NCBI GenBank assembly: GCA_039798785.1
Contig: JBDKFG010000100.1
Coordinates: 1 to 12,382, forward strand
Reading direction: 5' to 3'
Source: Verrucomicrobiota bacterium
GTDB lineage: Bacteria; Verrucomicrobiota; Lentisphaeria; Lentisphaerales; Lentisphaeraceae
Length of the DNA: 12,382 nucleotides
Shown: one piece after another, positions 7,943 to 12,382 of the stretch
How the letters are laid out: the number at the start of each line of letters is the position of its first letter
How positions within the stretch are numbered: the stretch's first letter is position 1
Made by a program: the position numbers and the translations under genes
The notes under the pieces: model-generated
Seen by the model: only the letters and a program-made list of their open reading frames with translations
What the model was told of the DNA's origin: nothing
Database searches by the model: none

Positions 7943-9712
7943 TCAGCGGCTTTTGAGTTCGCCGTTGTCGAGCCAGAAGCGTTTGACCGGATTGCCTCTC
8001 TGGAGGTTGATCAGGTCGATGAAGCCGTTGCGGTTGATCACCAGCAATTCACGTCCGGCGGCGCTGATGGAGAGGGCTTCGCCGGATTCGAGCGGGTAGT
8101 CGGCGGTGGTGTCGCGGCTGGCGGCGAGTTCGACTGCGGGGTTCTTGCCGTTGGCGGCGAGCGGCCCGATTTTCCAGGACAGGATCTTGCGTCCTGCGGC
8201 GACGAGCAGTCTGCCGTCTCCGGCGAAGGCGAGGGAGCCGGTGCCGGAGAAGGCCGTGGTTTCGCCGATGAGCTTGCCAGTCTTCAGGTCGGCGACGGCG
8301 AGCCAGGTGGCGTCGCCGACGGTCCAGGTGGCGGCGGCCCAGCGGGCATCGGGAGCGAGGCAGACATTGGCCCGAGTGGCGCCTTTGGCGGGGATGGGGA
8401 TGCTGATCGGGGCTTCGCGGCCCTTGCGGATGTCGGGGCTGAAATGCAAGGCGGCGGGGGTGACGAGGGCGAGGGAGCCGTCGTTGCCGCACTGGGCTGC
8501 GAGGCCTTGGGCGTAGCCGAGGTTGAGGGCGGGTGCGCTGAGGCTCCGAGACCTGCGGTCGATGATACGTCCGACGCTGTTGATGCCCCAGCTGCCGTCG
8601 GGAGAGGAGGCAAGGCTGCCTTCGATGATGCGGGGGTGGGGGCGTCCGCGCAAGGGGACGGAGATGTTGCCCGATTCGAAGTCGGCGGTGAGCTGGTCGA
8701 AGCGGCCGTTGGAGCCGCTGCCGTGCAGGACGACGAGCTTCTTGTTGTCGATCCAGGCGTCGGCGGGGATGGCGCGGTTCAGGCTCAGGTCCTTTTTCAA
8801 GGCGAGGGTGGCGGCGTCAAAGAGGACAGGGCCATCGGCGAGGGTTTTGCCGTCGGGGCTGAGTTCGAGGTCGCCGGGGATGCGTCCTTTCGGGGCGGCG
8901 AGGGCTCGGGAGCTGTCGTCGTACCAGTTCCAGGCTTCGTCGTTGGTGAAGACGGTCTTGAGCTCGGCATCGGCGCAGAGGTCGACTACGGGGCTGCGCA
9001 GGCTGCGGGCTGCGAGGCGCTTGCGGGTGGCGACTTCGTAGACGCTGATATCGCGGCCGCCGTTGTGGAGGAAGACGGCTTTCGAGCCGTCTGCGGAGAG
9101 GGCTTGGGCGGTGATGCGGCTGTCGTTGAGGAGGGGTTCCGCGCCTTCGCCGCTGACTTCTTTTCCGAGTGTTAGCTTGACCAGCTGGCCGGCGAAGAGG
9201 ACTTGGCTCCAGTCTTTGCTGAAGATGGCGAAGCTATTTTTGCCGTTGCGGTTGCGCGGATCGAGGTTGAGGCTGCCGGCGGGGCTGATCTCGTCGCCGT
9301 CCTTGGCCGGGACTTTGAAGAAGTGGATGCGGTCGCCGTGGTCGACGGCGACGAGTTTGCCGTCAGGAGAGAAGCTGAGGCGGGAGCGGCCATTGTTCGC
9401 GGTGGATTTCAGGGCGGCGGAGGCGGGCATTTCGGACTTGCTTCGCTTGAAGAGGTAGAGCCGGCCGTCGCTGCCTTCGGAGGCGATGAGCTTGCCGCCG
9501 GGGGCGAAGGCGACGGCGATCGAGCCGACGCGGTTGGCGTTGACCAGACCGGCCTCAGCGCCTTTTTCATCGAAGAGGAGGATGTCGCCGCCGGTGAGTG
9601 CCAGCCCCTGTCCGCCGGGTTCGAAGACCGGAGTCCTCGGGCGGTTGCCGTGTTCTTGAGCGTTGAGGGCGAGAGGGAGGGCGATCAGGGCCAAGAAGGA
9701 TACGATTCGCAT
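7943..9712 (-). CDS. Secreted WD40/beta-propeller repeat protein
   Basis: Signal peptide (LPLALNA-Q); repeated blades VAFAPGGKLIAS, LSFSPDGKLVA, ALSADGSKAV, LELSPDGKTLA, LAFAGDGRLL; GGAG SD upstream of the ATG. Confidence 0.85.
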   Translation of the reverse strand: MRIVSFLALIALPLALNAQEHGNRPRTPVFEPGGQGLALTGGDILLFDEKGAEAGLVNANRVGSIAVAFAPGGKLIASEGSDGRLYLFKRSKSEMPASAALKSTANNGRSRLSFSPDGKLVAVDHGDRIHFFKVPAKDGDEISPAGSLNLDPRNRNGKNSFAIFSKDWSQVLFAGQLVKLTLGKEVSGEGAEPLLNDSRITAQALSADGSKAVFLHNGGRDISVYEVATRKRLAARSLRSPVVDLCADAELKTVFTNDEAWNWYDDSSRALAAPKGRIPGDLELSPDGKTLADGPVLFDAATLALKKDLSLNRAIPADAWIDNKKLVVLHGSGSNGRFDQLTADFESGNISVPLRGRPHPRIIEGSLASSPDGSWGINSVGRIIDRRSRSLSAPALNLGYAQGLAAQCGNDGSLALVTPAALHFSPDIRKGREAPISIPIPAKGATRANVCLAPDARWAAATWTVGDATWLAVADLKTGKLIGETTAFSGTGSLAFAGDGRLLVAAGRKILSWKIGPLAANGKNPAVELAASRDTTADYPLESGEALSISAAGRELLVINRNGFIDLINLQRGNPVKRFWLDNGELKSR

Positions 9713-9866
9713 GTCTCAGTTCTCCGGGGGTTGCAGGCAACAGGTCCCACTGTAACGCCAAGGCGTGACTTGACACATGCGTACAGAGATTTTCCCGTGA
9801 TTAGTCGCATTCCTGAGGCTCTGTGCGGCCGGCTTCGCGCAAGGCCCCTGGGGATTCCGTGGCGGC

Positions 9867-10751
9867 TCAGTTGGAGTGCAGGGCGAGGTCGAGGAGGCGG
9901 AGGGCTCCGTCGCGGCTCTTGGCGGAGCAGGTGAAGGCGCTGTGGTGGCAGAAGATGGCGTCGGCGACGCCGCAGGCCTCGGCGAGGCGGGCGCCTTCGA
10001 GTCCGGCCCAGGCGGCGGGCAGGGGTTTGCGGGAGCGGAAGCCGCCGTTGGTCTGGGTCACCGCCTGGACGTACCAGTTTCCGCCTTTGGGGAAGAGGAC
10101 GTAGAGGAGGCGGCCGGACTCGGCGCAGCCGTGGATCGACTCTTGCCAACGGACGCTTTCGGGCACTTCGATCCAGGGGCGCTGGAGCTGGCTTGACTGG
10201 CGCACTGCTTCGGCAGTGGCCCAGGCGTCGCTGACGAATCGGCGGGCGGAGATGGAGAAGCGTCGGATGACGCCGGAAGCCCAGTTCGCCTGCTCGAGGA
10301 AGACCGCGTCGGACTCGGCCGTGTCGACGGGATTCATCACCGCCACCAGGACGCTGACATTGAGCTCCCGCACCGCTGGAGCTGCGGGATTGGGGAGGCT
10401 GAGGCTGACGCCGTTGTCGTGGGCGTCGATGGGGCGGACGAGCTGTTCGCAGACTCTTTCCGCCGCCTGTTCATCGCCGCCGCAGATCTCCTGGCCGTGG
10501 TGCTTCCAGACCAGTCCGAAAGAGGACATCAGGAGGCCGTCGCCGTAGGCCGGTCCGTTGCGGAAGTGGTGGTCGTAGCGGCCGCTGGCGGCATCGTAGG
10601 AGCCGCCGACGTCGACGAGGAAGTCGCAGGTTTTCCAGACCTCGGGGTCGCGGCTGCGGACGATGTCCGCATCGGGGAAAAGGAGTTTCAGGGCTCCGAC
10701 GGCGAAGACGTCGTCGCAGTGAAAGCCGCCGGAGTGAGTGCCGATGCGCAT
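9867..10751 (-). CDS. MYG1 (UPF0160) family DHH-type metal hydrolase / nuclease
   Basis: IGTHSGGFHCDDVFA, RSRD, VDVGG, YDHH, SSFGLVWKHHG, IDAHDNG, RKPLPAAWAGL, IFCH. ATG 10751 has AAGGA upstream (track start GTG 10784). Confidence 0.92.
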   Translation of the reverse strand: MRIGTHSGGFHCDDVFAVGALKLLFPDADIVRSRDPEVWKTCDFLVDVGGSYDAASGRYDHHFRNGPAYGDGLLMSSFGLVWKHHGQEICGGDEQAAERVCEQLVRPIDAHDNGVSLSLPNPAAPAVRELNVSVLVAVMNPVDTAESDAVFLEQANWASGVIRRFSISARRFVSDAWATAEAVRQSSQLQRPWIEVPESVRWQESIHGCAESGRLLYVLFPKGGNWYVQAVTQTNGGFRSRKPLPAAWAGLEGARLAEACGVADAIFCHHSAFTCSAKSRDGALRLLDLALHSN

Positions 10752-10886
10752 GAGAATCCTTGGAGAGAGTTTAGGTTTCGGCACTGACTATGCGGCTAAG
10801 TCGCCATCGCACAAGGGCTGCGGCGCTGGTTGGGTGACATTCCTCGGGAGCTTTTGTTTCCGTGTCGTCGAGTCTGGCGTCCCGGC

Positions 10887-10930
10887 GCTTGCGGTGTAGA
10901 CTTGGCGGGTCAAATCCAGGAACCGCAAGC
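10887..10930 (+). promoter_or_regulatory. Inverted repeat enclosing the thiH ribosome-binding site
   Basis: GCTTGCGGT (10887-10895)/ACCGCAAGC (10922-10930), perfect 9 bp, ending just before the ATG at 10932. AGGA SD lies at the loop edge. Confidence 0.4.
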
Positions 10931-10931
10931 C

Positions 10932-12053
10932 ATGAGTTTTCTCGAAGAGTTCAACCGTCGCGACCGCAGCGATCTCCGCCGGCTGGCGGAGTGCCGCGAG
11001 CCCGAAGCCATCCGCCGCCTCCTGGCTGGGGAGAAGATTCCCGAGGGGCCGGAGACTTTCGCCATCCTGCTCTCGCCTGCCGCCTCCGGCTTCCTCGAGG
11101 ACCTTGCTGCCCGTGCCGCCGAGATGACGGCGCGCCGCCACGGCAAGGTGATCCGATTCTACGCGCCGCTCTACGTCTCCAACGAGTGCACCAACACCTG
11201 CACCTATTGCGGCTTCACCATGGAGAACAAGATCGACCGCAAGACTCTTGTCGCCCCGGAGATGCGGGCCGAGGCCGAATACCTCAGCCGCCGCGGCTTC
11301 CGCCATGTCCTCGTCGTCGCCGGCGAGCACCAGAAGATCGTCACCCCGGAATACGTCGCCGCGATGGTCCGCGAGACCCGCGGCCTCTTCTCCTCGACTT
11401 CGATCGAGCTGGCGCCTTTCCGCACCCAGGACTACGAGCTCCTGGTGAAGGAGGGGGTCGACGGTCTGACGGTTTATCAGGAGACCTATGATCGCGAGGT
11501 CTACGCCAAGGTCCATTTGCGCGGCAAGAAGCGCGATTTCGACTGGCGTCTGGCATGCGCCGAGCGCGGCGCGGAAGCGAAGATGCGCCGCATCTCGATC
11601 GGCGTCCTGCTCGGCCTGGCGCCGGACTGGAAGGCCGACGTCATCGCCTGCGCCACCCACCTGGAATATTTGATGAAGCGCTGGTGGCGCGTCCAGTACT
11701 CCGTCTCGGTCCCGCGCCTCTGCTCCTCCGAGACCGATTACCAGCCGGCGGTGCAGGTCAGCGACCGCGACGTGGTGCAGCTGATCTTCGCCTGGCGCCT
11801 CGCCTTTCCCGATGCCGGGATCAACCTCTCCACCCGCGAACCCTCCTACCTGCGCGACGGCCTGATCGGCCTCGGCGTCACCCACATGTCGGCCGAATCC
11901 GCCACCGAGCCGGGCGGCTATTGCGCCCCGGAGGCGGCGCTGAAGCAGTTCGACATCACCGACGAACGCAAGCTCGACGAGATCGCCGCCATCGTCAAGG
12001 CCAAGGGCTGCGAGCCGGTATACAAGGACTGGGAGCCTTGTCTGGTCGGCTAA
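10932..12053 (+). CDS. thiH: 2-iminoacetate synthase ThiH (radical SAM tyrosine lyase)
   Basis: YAPLYVSNECTNTCTYCGF (CxxxCxxC), LVVAGE, YQETY, GKKRDF, LSTRE, TEPGGY, QFDITDER, KDWE. 373 aa, lacking the HydG C-terminal Fe-S domain. Confidence 0.92.
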   Translation: MSFLEEFNRRDRSDLRRLAECREPEAIRRLLAGEKIPEGPETFAILLSPAASGFLEDLAARAAEMTARRHGKVIRFYAPLYVSNECTNTCTYCGFTMENKIDRKTLVAPEMRAEAEYLSRRGFRHVLVVAGEHQKIVTPEYVAAMVRETRGLFSSTSIELAPFRTQDYELLVKEGVDGLTVYQETYDREVYAKVHLRGKKRDFDWRLACAERGAEAKMRRISIGVLLGLAPDWKADVIACATHLEYLMKRWWRVQYSVSVPRLCSSETDYQPAVQVSDRDVVQLIFAWRLAFPDAGINLSTREPSYLRDGLIGLGVTHMSAESATEPGGYCAPEAALKQFDITDERKLDEIAAIVKAKGCEPVYKDWEPCLVG

Positions 12054-12074
12054 CCGATCAACCTAAAAACCGCA

Positions 12075-12246
12075 GTTGAAAAGTTGGAAGGTTCAAAGGT
12101 TGAAAGGGATCAGCTACAAGAGCAAGAGATATGGAGTTCGAGTTCGCTCGGCGAATTCTGCGACTGGCAGTCATGCAGGTCGAACTTGAATCGTCATTTG
12201 TCGCTGTTGTTCATGCGTTAGGCTTTCAACCTTCCAACCTTTCAAC
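12075..12246. repeat. ~172-bp foldback element with octamer-array arms (MITE/REP-like)
   Basis: Left arm GTTGAAAA GTTGGAAG GTTCAAAG GTTGAAAG (12075-12106). Right arm CTTTCAAC CTTCCAAC CTTTCAAC (12223-12246), 22/24 complementary to 12075-12098. The interior is also partly self-complementary. Confidence 0.85.
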
Positions 12247-12286
12247 CCGGTTCCATCCGCTACTGCGGAATTTAGATGGTTGTCGC

Positions 12287-12315
12287 TTCACATGATACAC
12301 GCCGTGTATCATAAT
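12287..12315 (+). promoter_or_regulatory. Sigma70-like promoter with an overlapping palindromic operator
   Basis: TTCACA (12287-12292), 17-bp spacer, CATAAT (12310-12315). Perfect IR ATGATACAC-gcc-GTGTATCAT (12292-12312). Confidence 0.75.
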
Positions 12316-12382
12316 CACAAAACTAAGCAAATGAATAATTTGGGGTGTCTTTGCGAGCGAAAGTCGGGAAAGGGTCAGGGAA

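Noticed and set aside
9713..9866. Riboswitch in the WD40 leader (CCCACTGTAA; ACGCC-aa-GGCGT palindrome at 9755-9766)
   Set aside because: The cobalamin-like word is on the wrong strand and lacks the other conserved elements; no known aptamer fits by eye. An Rfam scan would settle it.
10932..12053. HydG instead of ThiH
   Set aside because: Too short, and it lacks the C-terminal cysteine motif domain.
12048..12223. GGCTAAC at the thiH stop plus GTTAGGC (12217-12223) as an attC site
   Set aside because: 176-bp span, no L-box pairing, and the real symmetry axis (~12165) does not bring these sites together.

Overview
GC-rich bacterial chromosomal segment (roughly 65% GC by eye; a PVC-superphylum origin is only a guess). 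Mostly recognisable genes: cls (-), a TolC-family channel coupled by an ATGA overlap to a pyroglutamyl peptidase (+), a minus-strand run of MYG1-family protein, secreted WD40 protein, HAD hydrolase, small AT-rich membrane ORF, creB and creC, and a stand-alone thiH (+). The first ~1 kb is lower in GC and holds two orphan ORFs, a 64-bp foldback at the window edge and the decayed 3' end (domains V-VI) of a class IIC-type group II intron. The most unusual signal is intergenic: three gaps carry AT-rich tandem arrays with five different units (periods 7, 7, 9, 7, 8) next to stop or start codons, with a shared polarity in the mRNA sense (purine-rich arm first, pyrimidine-rich arm second). After thiH the arms enclose a ~172-bp foldback whose core weakly resembles a collapsed four-helix-bundle gene. 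A sigma70-like promoter with a perfect operator palindrome points out of the right edge. All calls are from motif recognition; no searches were run.
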